NCBI GenBank assembly: GCA_002390675.1
Contig: DGPZ01000089.1
Span: forward strand, 1 to 59,940
Length of the DNA: 59,940 nucleotides
Source: Deltaproteobacteria bacterium UBA4427
GTDB lineage: Bacteria; Myxococcota_A; UBA9160; UBA4427
Direction of reading: 5' to 3'
The notes beneath the pieces are model-generated. The model saw only the letters and a program-made list of their open reading frames with translations, was not told the origin of the DNA and ran no database searches. A program made the translations under genes and the position numbers. Below are positions 30,587 through 40,375 of the stretch, in pieces. Position 1 is the stretch's first letter. Every line of letters starts with the position of its first letter.

Positions 30587-31429
30587 CTAGCTCGGTCGCT
30601 CGCCAGCAACGGTGCAGCGTCGCAGGATGCGGGCGCTGCCGCGGTGGTCTGCTGAGCCAGAGTGCTGTGTTGCGCGCTCGTCCCAGATAGCCACCGCGCC
30701 CGTCGTCCAATGGAAGCGGCACTGAATACTCACGTCCTGAACGCGGCTCGATAGAAATTCCAGCATGGCGACGCTCTCGTCTTTGCTGATGCCTTCTATC
30801 CTACCGAGATAGGCTCGGTCGACGAAGAGCGATTTTCGTCCGGACACCGGATGGGTTCGAACAAGTGGATGGCTCGCGCCGGTGCCGACAGCCTTCATGA
30901 TCTTCTCTACGGCGTCCTCGGGCAAATGGCGCTGGATATAGTCTATGAAACCGCCGTCCGTCGCATGAAATCCCTGCAAGCCTGAGAGGTACGTCTTCAT
31001 ACCGTCGGAAAGTTTTTCATAGGCGAGCTGCATATTGGCCCACAGCGTGTCTCCACCGGCAGGAGGTGTCTCTTCGCAGCGAAGCACCCCGGCGCAAGGC
31101 GGACGCTCCATGTATGTAACGTCCGTATGCCAGCCATCACGATCCGGCTCGCTCTGGGTCGTGTCGATAATATCATGAAGGCGACTAGGGTCGCCTAATG
31201 CTCCTCGAATCGGATGAACCTCTGGCTCTCCGAAACAGCTGGCGAGCGCGAGATGGGCCTCGTCATCGATAAACTGATCACGGAAGAAGAGTACGAGATG
31301 CTCACTTAGAGCGTCGCGAAGTTCTGTCTGCATCACTTCCGTGAGAGGAGCATTGAGATCGATCCCGTCAATCTCAGCACCGAGTGCCGCGGTGACAGGG
31401 GTTGCCCGGAACATCGAATAGCTCGTCAT
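30587..31429 (-). CDS. TauD/TfdA family 2OG-Fe(II) dioxygenase
   Basis: LGAEIDGIDL, WHTDVT (HxD), GGDTLWA, HPLVRTHP, WDERATQH. Confidence 0.9.
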   Translation of the reverse strand: MTSYSMFRATPVTAALGAEIDGIDLNAPLTEVMQTELRDALSEHLVLFFRDQFIDDEAHLALASCFGEPEVHPIRGALGDPSRLHDIIDTTQSEPDRDGWHTDVTYMERPPCAGVLRCEETPPAGGDTLWANMQLAYEKLSDGMKTYLSGLQGFHATDGGFIDYIQRHLPEDAVEKIMKAVGTGASHPLVRTHPVSGRKSLFVDRAYLGRIEGISKDESVAMLEFLSSRVQDVSIQCRFHWTTGAVAIWDERATQHSGSADHRGSARILRRCTVAGERPS

Positions 31430-31674
31430 ATAAAAACCCTCGAGGTGCTGTATTGCTCGGCCGTCGATTCCTTAAAAAGCCGTGAAATAGACGCCGGGAT
31501 TCGCCGAGTCGCGGTCCCTGGTCGTTGAACAGATAGAAGCGACGGTTGCACGTGAGGCGCAAGAGGTCCCCACTTGCCCGCACCGCGGATGATCGCGATG
31601 CGGACGAGCGGGTGTTTCTATTGATCGGTCCGCAGCTTCAAGAGAGAGGCTTAGAAATCGACTTACGCTTCAAC

Positions 31675-32040
31675 CTATACGCGGCGGAGCGCGCAGAGCT
31701 TGTTGCCGTCGGGGTCGCGGAGATAGGCGAGATACATCGCGCCTTCGCGAACACCCGGCGGGTCTTCGCAAGTGGTTCCGCCGTTCGCGACACCGGCTGC
31801 GTGCCAAGCATCACCCTGTTCATTGGATTCCACAGCGAAGCCAATCGTACTTCCGTTGCCGTTCGTCGCCGGCTCGCCGTTGATCGGGGTAGTGATCGCG
31901 AACATGCCCGTTTTGCTGGCATAGAAATAGCGGTTGGCGTTGGCAGCGCCCGGTCCAACATCGAGCGTGGCAAATAGTGCATCGTAAAACTTCTTCGACA
32001 CTTCAAGATCATTGACACCGAGCATTACATGACTGAACAC
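31675..32040 (-). CDS. VOC/glyoxalase family protein
   Basis: MFSHVMLGVND, NGNGSTIGF, YLAYLRDPDGNKLCA; AAGGAG RBS. Confidence 0.9.
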   Translation of the reverse strand: MFSHVMLGVNDLEVSKKFYDALFATLDVGPGAANANRYFYASKTGMFAITTPINGEPATNGNGSTIGFAVESNEQGDAWHAAGVANGGTTCEDPPGVREGAMYLAYLRDPDGNKLCALRRV

Positions 32041-32318
32041 AAAATTCTCCTTGGTTATTTCTTCGAGTGAGGTTGATAGCGAGTGGGGTTATATCGACGG
32101 TCAAGCCGTCTGCATATTGCGCGACGTGTCACGGGGTGAGGGCCTGGCCTCACTCGTGAACGGCTAAATCTGGGTGCACGATCGTAGCGGACTCTGCTGG
32201 CGAGTCGGGGATATGCTTTCGGCGCTGGTCCATTGGCGCAGTACTGTCACGGAATGCCAGCCGAATTGGTGACGAGCCAGCTCGGTTAGACGCGGGTCGC
32301 AGTGACCGAATGTGAAAG

Positions 32319-32900
32319 GTGGGATCTCGACGGGTCGTCTTGCTGATGTGGGAAGAGTTCGTGTCGTGCACCCGGTGGCGCTGTTCTGAGTTGAACTCAG
32401 CAATCTTGCCGGCAGAGGTTAGCAGGAGACCGTGTTGCAACATCATTCTGCATAAGTTCGAAGAGCCTCGGGACCCGCACGAACGTTTCCCCGCCGTGCT
32501 AAAGACCTTGATGGGCTTCGCGCTCGGGTCTCGGTAGGTGTTGGATGACAAGTTTACCGACGGGCTCGTGGTCGTGCACCGGGTATTTACCGACCGTGCG
32601 GCCGGCGTCGGAGCATGGAAGGACTTTGCCTAGACGGCGAACGAATCATTTCACTGAGCATCGTTGCTAAGGTCTTCGCCGGGGGAGATCGGGACAAGGG
32701 CGCTCTCGGCGGGCTCCCAACAATGAAGAGTGGCTCGTATCGACCTCAGTCCTGAATTCGGAATGTCGAGGGTCGGAATTGCCCACTCGGGCGGGGCGCT
32801 TATCGGCAATTCCCCATGATCGACCCCGCGAGTGAAATCGTTATCGCACAACGTGGATCGTCCAAACAGTCATCGTTGCTCCTGCTCGATCCGACCGTTT
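32319..32900 (+). pseudogene. Degenerate, internally deleted NylB-like serine hydrolase
   Basis: RWRCSELNSAILPAEVSR; *VLDDKFTDGLVVVHR; then, frameshifted, DGERIIS...GGDRD...SYRPQS*...GRGAYRQFPMIDPASEIVIAQ; no central SxxK core seen. Confidence 0.55.
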
Positions 32901-33001
32901 TTCCGACTTTTAACGCCAACATAGGAGCGCTGCGAGAGAGCTAGAACGGCGGGGCAACAGTTCCGTGTGCAATGGACGTGTGGCAGGATTGCCCGTGCTT
33001 A

Positions 33002-33829
33002 TTAGTGCGGGACGTTCATGGATCGGGGCGGCCTGACGACGATGTCGGCGATATTCACTTCGATTGGCTGAGTCACTGCGTAGAGGACTGCCTTCGCAAC
33101 ATCGTTCGGGTTGCCGAGCAGCTGCTTCATGTTCTGAGCGAGGGTTTCGAGTGCCTCTGGCGGTAGTCTGTCGCCTTTCTCCAACTCAAATTCCATGCCT
33201 GCCATCTTACCCATCGTGTTAATGAAATCTCGGTCGAAGTTCCGTGCAAAGTTTGTTGCGATTGCACCTGGCATCACATTCGTCACACGGATGGTGTCCT
33301 CTTCTAGTTCATCACGCAGACTCGAAGAGATTGAATTCACTGCATGCTTGGTGGAGCCGTAGACACCTGAGTTTCTGCGCTCTGCGGCGACCGACGAGAT
33401 ATTTACGATCTGTCCTTCTGCGCCGCAGGCCCTCATTGCCTTGACCGCGGCCTGGCAGCCGACGAGAAGGGCCAAGATGTTTGTTTCGAGCATAGAGCGC
33501 CACTCTTCGGGATCGCCTTCAAGGATCGGTGCTGGGTAGGATAGGCCGGCATTATTCACCATGATGTCGAGGTGCCCGGTCGCTTCTACGGCCGCGTCTA
33601 CGAGGCCGTAGACCTGCGAGACGTCGCGTACATCTGACGTGATGACGGTCGCTATTCCGCCTGCCTCTTCGATTTCTTTCTTAGTATCGTCCATAGCAGC
33701 AGCGGTTCGGCCAGAAAGAAAAGTGTGAGCCCCAGCTTCTGCTAGGTGCATTGCGATCGCTCTTCCGATTCCGCTGGAGGCGCCGGTGATGATGGCAGTG
33801 CGGGCTGAAAGAGGCTTTTTATCAGACAT
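33002..33829 (-). CDS. SDR family oxidoreductase (classical)
   Basis: TGASSGIG, NNAG, NISS, YGSTK (YxxxK). Confidence 0.9.
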   Translation of the reverse strand: MSDKKPLSARTAIITGASSGIGRAIAMHLAEAGAHTFLSGRTAAAMDDTKKEIEEAGGIATVITSDVRDVSQVYGLVDAAVEATGHLDIMVNNAGLSYPAPILEGDPEEWRSMLETNILALLVGCQAAVKAMRACGAEGQIVNISSVAAERRNSGVYGSTKHAVNSISSSLRDELEEDTIRVTNVMPGAIATNFARNFDRDFINTMGKMAGMEFELEKGDRLPPEALETLAQNMKQLLGNPNDVAKAVLYAVTQPIEVNIADIVVRPPRSMNVPH

Positions 33830-33905
33830 GATGAGTCATTCCTTAAGAAGTTACTTGAAGCTTGGGACTCACTCAGCTGTGACTGCAGAGGCGGTCACGA
33901 CGGAA

Positions 33906-35000
33906 TTAGAAGCGGCGCATCTCTCCGATGGACAGAACCCATGGCGCGGGAGCCGACGCCTCTGGTCCATCCATCTCCGCCGCTGCTTTAAGGAATCGCT
34001 TTGGCGGCTCGTCGAGGGGTTCATCTGCGAGGTCGAAGGTTCCGAAATGCATAGCCACGGCCGTCTCGGCGCGAACGTCCAGGGCCGCTTGATAGGCCTC
34101 CTCAGGATTCATATGCGTGAGTCGCATCAGTTCGGTCGGCTCGTATGCGCCGATCGGCACGGCCGCGAGATCGAAGGGGCCGAGCGCTTTTCCGATTTCA
34201 GAAAATCCGCTGAAGTAACCAGTGTCTCCCGCAAAATAGAAGCGGCGTTCTTTTCCGATCACCGCCCAAGAAGACCAAAGCACTTTGTTTGTGTCCGTCA
34301 GGCTGCGCTTGCTCCAGTGTTGCGAGGGCAAACAATGGATTTCGACTCCGCCGATCCGGGTCTGTTCGGTCCAGTCGAGCTCCGTCACGCGAGAGATACC
34401 GTGGTCACGCAGCAGTTCGCCGTTGCCGAGGGGGACGAGGAAGCGCGTATTAGCATCGCGTTCTGCTAGGCGGGTTAACGTGGGTAGATCAAGGTGATCG
34501 AAGTGATTATGTGAGATGAGGACGAAATTGATTGGGGGTAGATCTTCGAAATCCAGCCCGGGCGCGACATGCCGTGCTGGGCCGATCCAAGAGAGGGGGC
34601 TCGCACGTTTGGACCACATAGGGTCTGTAAGAAAACGAACACCATCCATTTCAACGAGCATCGTTGCGTGCCCAATCCAAGTCACCGTGGGTGATCCGGC
34701 CAGTGCCGCCTTGAAGTGCGCGGTCCCGCTCGACTCGCTGGGCGGAGCGCCCTCGCGCCGAGATAAGGTCGCCTTGATACGGCCAAGAAGGAACGGGAGA
34801 CGCACGCGGATTCCGCCGCGCAGGAGTTCGCCGATTGGGTTCGTAAAGCGGTCATGTGCGTCTCTTAAGGACGGCAGCAGCCAGGTCGGTTCATCGGGAG
34901 CGGCGCTGCCGGAGAACGTCGATGAGCCGATGAGACCGGCGACTAGCAAGCAGGCGACGATCCGCCGTCTGATTGCCTGAGGCTTCGTTCGAGCCATCAT
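33906..35000 (-). CDS. Exported MBL-fold metallo-hydrolase (RomA/NAPE-PLD-like)
   Basis: TWIGHAT, LTDPMWS, ISHNHFDHLD, AGDTGY, PIGAYEP, HFGTF; start approximate. Confidence 0.88.
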   Translation of the reverse strand: MMARTKPQAIRRRIVACLLVAGLIGSSTFSGSAAPDEPTWLLPSLRDAHDRFTNPIGELLRGGIRVRLPFLLGRIKATLSRREGAPPSESSGTAHFKAALAGSPTVTWIGHATMLVEMDGVRFLTDPMWSKRASPLSWIGPARHVAPGLDFEDLPPINFVLISHNHFDHLDLPTLTRLAERDANTRFLVPLGNGELLRDHGISRVTELDWTEQTRIGGVEIHCLPSQHWSKRSLTDTNKVLWSSWAVIGKERRFYFAGDTGYFSGFSEIGKALGPFDLAAVPIGAYEPTELMRLTHMNPEEAYQAALDVRAETAVAMHFGTFDLADEPLDEPPKRFLKAAAEMDGPEASAPAPWVLSIGEMRRF

Positions 35001-35232
35001 CTTTGGATCCGCCTTTGGTAGTAACGTGGTTTTGCTCCACGGGCGCCGGCCTCCCGCCAAGAATATGTTCACGGCCCGAGCCCGGCAACATAGGCAGCGC
35101 GTGTGATTTTAGGCACGCCGCGTCACATAGATCTAGGAAAGCCTCGCTGCAGAAGCCAAGCGAGTCGAGACTAAGGAGACTTGGTTGTGTGGGGCCTATT
35201 TTGGCCTCGCGATCAATCGAGTTGATGGCTAT

Positions 35233-36420
35233 CTACGATGCAGGCGCCTCGATCGGGTCACCCATTCGCGCGTAGACATCAAGCATCGAGCCCCCGAAGA
35301 AACGCTCTGTCTTTGCAGGCGACGCTTCTAAGAAGAGCTCGTCGTAGAACTTTTTGGGGTCCGTAAAGCCTTCGAAATGCGGAAAGTCCGACGAAAACAC
35401 GATCATGTCTTCGGGCAGGTCTCGCATGATAGCGAGGAGGGGCTGGTCGTTGCCGCCGCTCAGAGGCGTCGCACGTATATGACGAGCAAGGTATTCACTG
35501 GGCTTTTGCTTAAGCCGAGACTTTCCGAGAAAGAGCTCGGCCGTCGGTGATACGCGGTCGTCAATTTCGCGCATGAGGTAGGGCAGCCAGCCAGTTCCAA
35601 CCTCGGCGAGCATGAGTGTTAGGTTCGGGAAGCGCTCGAAGACGCCACCGTAGACCATGGAATAGATCAAGGTTGAAGGCGCCACGTGCCTATGCGCGCT
35701 TGAGACCATACGCATGACGGTTGTGTCGCCGCCAAGGTTTGCCCAGCCCGGATCAAAGCGCATGCGCTCAAACCCAGTATGAAGCATAGGCGTCATGCCT
35801 AGTGATACGGCGGCCGCCCAGACGCGATCCCAGGAGGGATGTGCCGGCGGGATGCCTCCGACCGGATAGGCGGGCACCAGAAAGACCCGGCTGCCATGTG
35901 CGCGCATGCGCTCCATTTCAGCGACAGTCCAATCGAGGTCGTGATAGTCGAGTGCCGTGACCGGAAGTAGGCGACCCTTGCTCCCGGCACACGTTTCAGC
36001 GAGCCACGTGTTACAGGTTCGAATAACGTCACGAGTTAGGTCCAGGTCATCGATCGCAATGGAGTAGGCGATCCCCGATAGACAGATGACATTCTGGATA
36101 TCGATTTTTTGCTCGTCCATCCAAGCCAGTCGGGCCTTCGCATTAGCGACTTGAAATTGATTCTTGCCTTCGAATTCTGATCGACGTCCCGCTTCGTCGT
36201 CCTTTTCTTGACCATGCAACAAGGCCATGCCGGGCGGGACGAGATCGGCCATAGGCGGCCGATCTGCCTCGGGGACGTAGTGGAGTAGATCCCCAATGAT
36301 CGCGTCGACCGCGAGCACCGAGGGATCCAAGGGCGGGAGGCGCTTGGCAAGCTCGGGGTAAGGATCGAGCCATTCGGGGCCCGGTTCGAAATGAGCATCT
36401 ACATCGAGAATAAGCGTCAT
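35233..36420 (-). CDS. Amidohydrolase_2 family protein
   Basis: DVDAH, NTWLAE, MLHTG, LAEVG, FSSDFPHFEG. Confidence 0.88.
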   Translation of the reverse strand: MTLILDVDAHFEPGPEWLDPYPELAKRLPPLDPSVLAVDAIIGDLLHYVPEADRPPMADLVPPGMALLHGQEKDDEAGRRSEFEGKNQFQVANAKARLAWMDEQKIDIQNVICLSGIAYSIAIDDLDLTRDVIRTCNTWLAETCAGSKGRLLPVTALDYHDLDWTVAEMERMRAHGSRVFLVPAYPVGGIPPAHPSWDRVWAAAVSLGMTPMLHTGFERMRFDPGWANLGGDTTVMRMVSSAHRHVAPSTLIYSMVYGGVFERFPNLTLMLAEVGTGWLPYLMREIDDRVSPTAELFLGKSRLKQKPSEYLARHIRATPLSGGNDQPLLAIMRDLPEDMIVFSSDFPHFEGFTDPKKFYDELFLEASPAKTERFFGGSMLDVYARMGDPIEAPAS

Positions 36421-36445
36421 AGGGTTCTCCCTGGGTACTCATAAA

Positions 36446-36471
36446 GAATGAACGATTTCACATTCATTATC
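36446..36471. promoter_or_regulatory. AT-rich inverted repeat upstream of bfr; possible iron-regulator site
   Basis: AATGAA-N10-TTCATT, with a GATAATGA Fur-like half-site on the minus strand. Confidence 0.3.
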
Positions 36472-36540
36472 TAGTCTATCCCTGCAGTGAGAAACACATG
36501 AAGCTAGACTACGGGGGAGTCGAAACTTAGTGGGGGAAAA

Positions 36541-37011
36541 ATGCAGGGTGATGCTTCGATCGTTGAGACGCTGAATGATGTTTTGACAGCTGAATTGACA
36601 GCAATCAATCAATACTTCATTCACCACAAGATGTGTCAGAACTGGGGCTATGCGCGGCTCTCTAAGAAAAAGTATGAAGAGTCGATCGAAGAGATGAAGC
36701 ACGCCGATCGCGTGATTGAGCGGATTCTGTTTTTGGACGGAATTCCGAACATGCAGCGAATGAGCCCCGTTAGGGTTGGCGAAAGCCCCAGTGAGCAGCA
36801 CGAGCTCGACCTAGCGCTTGAGGTGAATGCGGTTGAGCGTCTCAATAAGGGAATTGGACTCGCTCGAGAGAAGGGTGATAACGGAACCCGCGAATTATTA
36901 GAAGACATACTTCGAGAGGAAGAAGAGTCGATAGACTGGCACGAAGCACAACTCCATCTCATTAGGGACGTTGGGCGGGAATCCTATCTATCTGAGATGA
37001 TCAGCGAATAG
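36541..37011 (+). CDS. bfr: Bacterioferritin
   Basis: ELTAINQYFIH, EESIEEMKHAD (ferroxidase ligands and haem Met), ERILFLDG.PN. Confidence 0.95.
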   Translation: MQGDASIVETLNDVLTAELTAINQYFIHHKMCQNWGYARLSKKKYEESIEEMKHADRVIERILFLDGIPNMQRMSPVRVGESPSEQHELDLALEVNAVERLNKGIGLAREKGDNGTRELLEDILREEEESIDWHEAQLHLIRDVGRESYLSEMISE

Positions 37012-37049
37012 TTGGCCTGCGACTCTTAGAGCGAATAGTCGGTGATCGA

Positions 37050-37925
37050 CTATGACCTGATTGCGAGCTTCGCGATCACGTTCTCGCCGAATGCTTTGAG
37101 GTTATCGGCGGGCTTTCCCTTACCGAGTGCAAAGACAGGTACGACGAGGCGGCTGACACCGAGCTCCGTGTAGCGCTCGACATCGCTGAGATCTGTCGAG
37201 TTAGGAAACCACATAGCAGTCACTTCAATTTCCGACCGATCGCGCCCTTCGTCGGCACATGCCTTCGCGAGTTCCTCGAGCATGGGGGATAGCTGGTCGG
37301 GGCTGGCCGTCGGCGCGAACCAGCCATTGCCGTACTTCGCAGTCCGCTCGAAGGCTTTGCCCTTCGTGCCGCCGATCACGACCGGGAAGGGGTCTTGGAT
37401 CGGAACCGGTTTGCTCTTGAAGCCCGTCCAATCCAAGAACTCGCTTTTATGTTCGACGACGTCGCCGGACCAAATCTTTCGCATAGCCTGGATATAGTCA
37501 TCGAAGCGCGCGCCGCGACGTTCGAAGGGCGTGCCCGCCGCCTGAAATTCTTCCTTGAGCCAGCCGATTCCCACGCCGAGCTCGAAGCGACCATTCGAAA
37601 CGAAGTCGAGGCTCGCCGCCTGCTTTGCCACGTAGAGCGGGTTGGCCTGCGACAGAATGTTGACGCCCGTACCAAGCCGGATCGTTTTCGTGCTGGCGGC
37701 GATCGCAGTCAGAGCGATCAAAGGGTCCACGAAGTTTGCGTCTGCATCTACGCCCATCTTGCCATCGGCGCTGTATGGATACTTTGATTGGTATTCGACG
37801 GGCACGATCGCGTGCTCGAAGGTCCAAAGAGATTCAAAGCCGATTCCTTCGGCAAGCTGGGCCATACCGACCATGGCTTCCACGTTTGGGACGCCGACGT
37901 TGACGGGAATGAGTCCGATCTTCAT
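37050..37925 (-). CDS. LLM-class F420-dependent oxidoreductase (TIGR03619-like)
   Basis: GFESLWTFEH..VP, DPLIALTAIAA, LGTGV.IL, GVGIGWLKEEF. Confidence 0.9.
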   Translation of the reverse strand: MKIGLIPVNVGVPNVEAMVGMAQLAEGIGFESLWTFEHAIVPVEYQSKYPYSADGKMGVDADANFVDPLIALTAIAASTKTIRLGTGVNILSQANPLYVAKQAASLDFVSNGRFELGVGIGWLKEEFQAAGTPFERRGARFDDYIQAMRKIWSGDVVEHKSEFLDWTGFKSKPVPIQDPFPVVIGGTKGKAFERTAKYGNGWFAPTASPDQLSPMLEELAKACADEGRDRSEIEVTAMWFPNSTDLSDVERYTELGVSRLVVPVFALGKGKPADNLKAFGENVIAKLAIRS

Positions 37926-38090
37926 GTACTGCTCCTACTGGATTAAGAGAGGAAACGGCGGGCCCCATCCATGCCTGCTGCGTCACCCAAAAGGACGCTC
38001 TGGCAGAGTGGCGGCCGTTCAGAGGGTGATCGAGCAATGGTTAGGAAGGGGCGGCGAAGTCTCTATTAGGCGGTTTTGGCATTTGCCGCC

Positions 38091-39614
38091 TCATTCGCTC
38101 CCAGTGTGCGGGTTCAATTGACGGGGTGCAAACTCTGCAGCCTTCTTGCGGCGGTCCGCTTCTGCCAGTTGACCACGCCACCGGGCTCGGAGTTCTCGAA
38201 GTTCTTTTCGAAGGGCCGACGCGTCAAATTGATCCGAGGCGTTACCCACATTGCCATAACGAATGGCCTCGAAGTGCCGCCAAAGGGGCATTGCAGCGCC
38301 TGAGAAGGGCGTATTCGACAGATCTGGTCCTTGGGAAGCGGCGTCGGCAGGGCTGTCGGACGCAGGCCAAGCGAGGTGCTCTCTCCATCTCCAGTAGCAG
38401 GTCGCAATCTGTTCGAGGTCATCACCTCGAAGGCTTGTCGTAAGCTCTTTGTATGCGAAGGACTCAGAGTCACGCCGGCGAGTGAGGACTTCATCCACGA
38501 GCTCCGCGAGCCTCTTCGATGCGGCGTGTCCTTTTTGCCAAACGAGAAATGTGCCTCCGATTAGCAGGGCAACGGCCAACCAATGAGCAAGCAGCCATCG
38601 CAAACTGTCGATGCCCCAGGCCAAAAACTGTTCGTACCAAAGGGCAAGGCCGTCTGTCAAAGCAGAGGTGTTGGACGCTCCGAAACCTGCTTCAGAAACT
38701 TCGAAGGTTCGGCCCGGTACGAGTTCGACGTTGAGTGACCCCGTGTCGGGGTTCCACCAGAGAATCTCGAGAGGAGCAATTCGAAAGGAGCCACGCTCTT
38801 GCAACACGTATGTGACTTTCTGACTGCGCTCTCCACTGTATTGGCCTCGGTTCACCCGGTCGAAAATGCGCGGCCTGTCCGCGTAAACAGCGATGCCGGG
38901 CGGCGCCTCGAAATCTAGCTGCGGCAATAACATGCCAAGAATCTGCGTCCCCCTAATACGGATTCGGCGCTCGATTGCATCTCCCGCTTTGAGCCCTTCA
39001 ATGTCGAAATCCCATTCGTCTTGGATCTCGAGCCGTGGGGTCGTCACGACTCGCTGCGTTTCTTCGACACCGGCGCGAACCCCTACGTGGAGTTCGATTG
39101 CCGCCGTTCGTAGCACTATGCTTAGATCATCTGCATTGAGGCCCGCGACCCCAACCGGGATATCAAGGGAGGGAATACTGAGGATGCCAGGACGCTGAGG
39201 AAAGATTACGTATCCGCGGCGTTGGCCTGAGAAAGTGGTTCCATTGATCGGTTCCGTGAAGTTTGTCCCCATTTGTTCGGGAAGCAAGGAGATAGCACCT
39301 TGGATTATTAGTTCGGGGTATTGCGGCGCCCGACTGAATCGCGAGTCTGTAAGAATTTCGATGAGCAAGCGGGTTTGCTGTCCGACGACGATTCCCTGGC
39401 CCTCGTTCGGATCAATCTGAACTCGTATCTGGACTCGGCCACTTTCAAGTAGGTCTGTCGCGAGGGCGGACGTATTAACAGCTTCCTCTGCGTCGGCTGG
39501 CGCAGATAGTTCTTGGGCTTGGGCATAGATGGGAATCAATAGTCCGAGCGCAATCACAAGAGCGCCTCGTATGGGTCGGCCTCGGGCGGGCGTGGGGAAT
39601 CGAGTTTGAATCAT
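38091..39614 (-). CDS. BatD family protein
   Basis: Signal peptide, VVGQQ, YVIFPQRPG, GDAIERRI, WWNP, late TM helix, LNP end; ATGA overlap with the TPR gene. Confidence 0.75.
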   Translation of the reverse strand: MIQTRFPTPARGRPIRGALVIALGLLIPIYAQAQELSAPADAEEAVNTSALATDLLESGRVQIRVQIDPNEGQGIVVGQQTRLLIEILTDSRFSRAPQYPELIIQGAISLLPEQMGTNFTEPINGTTFSGQRRGYVIFPQRPGILSIPSLDIPVGVAGLNADDLSIVLRTAAIELHVGVRAGVEETQRVVTTPRLEIQDEWDFDIEGLKAGDAIERRIRIRGTQILGMLLPQLDFEAPPGIAVYADRPRIFDRVNRGQYSGERSQKVTYVLQERGSFRIAPLEILWWNPDTGSLNVELVPGRTFEVSEAGFGASNTSALTDGLALWYEQFLAWGIDSLRWLLAHWLAVALLIGGTFLVWQKGHAASKRLAELVDEVLTRRRDSESFAYKELTTSLRGDDLEQIATCYWRWREHLAWPASDSPADAASQGPDLSNTPFSGAAMPLWRHFEAIRYGNVGNASDQFDASALRKELRELRARWRGQLAEADRRKKAAEFAPRQLNPHTGSE

Positions 39615-40375
39615 GGTGACGTCCCCTTCCGAAGATCGAGATCGGCTTGCGCTTGATAAGCGAACTTCAGCCGTAAGAAATCGCCGGGCGTTGTCTGAAC
39701 ACGGCGCATCCACATCTCGCGAATGGCTTCTGGGCTGAGGCCTTGTAGGCGCGCTTCATCGATCGTCATTTCCCCCATTGCGTTGACGGCCAAATCATCG
39801 AACACGAACTCGTCAGCTTCGAGTTGCCCGCCTGTCCCTCCGAAATCCTCGTATTCCTTCTCACCGAGCTCCAGGAGCCCCCGTACCCAGTCAAGGTTGA
39901 ACTTTGCCTCTTGGAAGTTGGGAATGAGACCGAGAGCTCGGGTGTAGGCTTGGGTTGCTGGCCCCAGCTTCTGACTGCGTGCGAGCGCGTTGCCAAGCCG
40001 GAATGCTCCCTCCGCGGTATCCACGCGACTAAAGCTCGCGGCCGCTTGAGCGAGGTCACCTCCGTCTTCGTAGGCGACGCCTTTCCAGACAGGATCACGA
40101 TACAGTGAAGCCGCACGGAGAGGGTCACCTGCTTCGTGCCACATGCGCGCCTGTTGGTCATTCGTCCAGAACGCGCTGACGATTGGATCCGGCAAGTATT
40201 GAACGGCTTGACTCGCGAGCGTTCGTTCCTCCGGGTGGCAACCGACTAACATAGCGATCAGTACCACGAGCGTGACTGCTGAAGCGACGCGAATACGTTC
40301 GGGCTCGTGATGTACTCCGATAAATCCAAAACGACGCGAGCTAAGAGTCGAAGAACTGGTTTGTTCGGGCTTCAT
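39611..40375 (-). CDS. TPR protein (BatC-like), probable lipoprotein
   Basis: Lipobox MLVGC, WTNDQQA, WKGVAY, TPR FRLGNALA...YTRAL...AKFNL, WMRRVQTTPGDFLRLKF. Confidence 0.75.
   Translation of the reverse strand: MKPEQTSSSTLSSRRFGFIGVHHEPERIRVASAVTLVVLIAMLVGCHPEERTLASQAVQYLPDPIVSAFWTNDQQARMWHEAGDPLRAASLYRDPVWKGVAYEDGGDLAQAAASFSRVDTAEGAFRLGNALARSQKLGPATQAYTRALGLIPNFQEAKFNLDWVRGLLELGEKEYEDFGGTGGQLEADEFVFDDLAVNAMGEMTIDEARLQGLSPEAIREMWMRRVQTTPGDFLRLKFAYQAQADLDLRKGTSP

Noticed and set aside
32129-32159. GC-rich hairpin as a possible REP/MITE element
   Set aside because: No second copy seen in the window and no flanking target duplication
32160-32633. Initial reading as a TetR C-terminal relic (LKTLMGFALGS)
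   Set aside because: Flanking motifs fit a NylB-like serine hydrolase better
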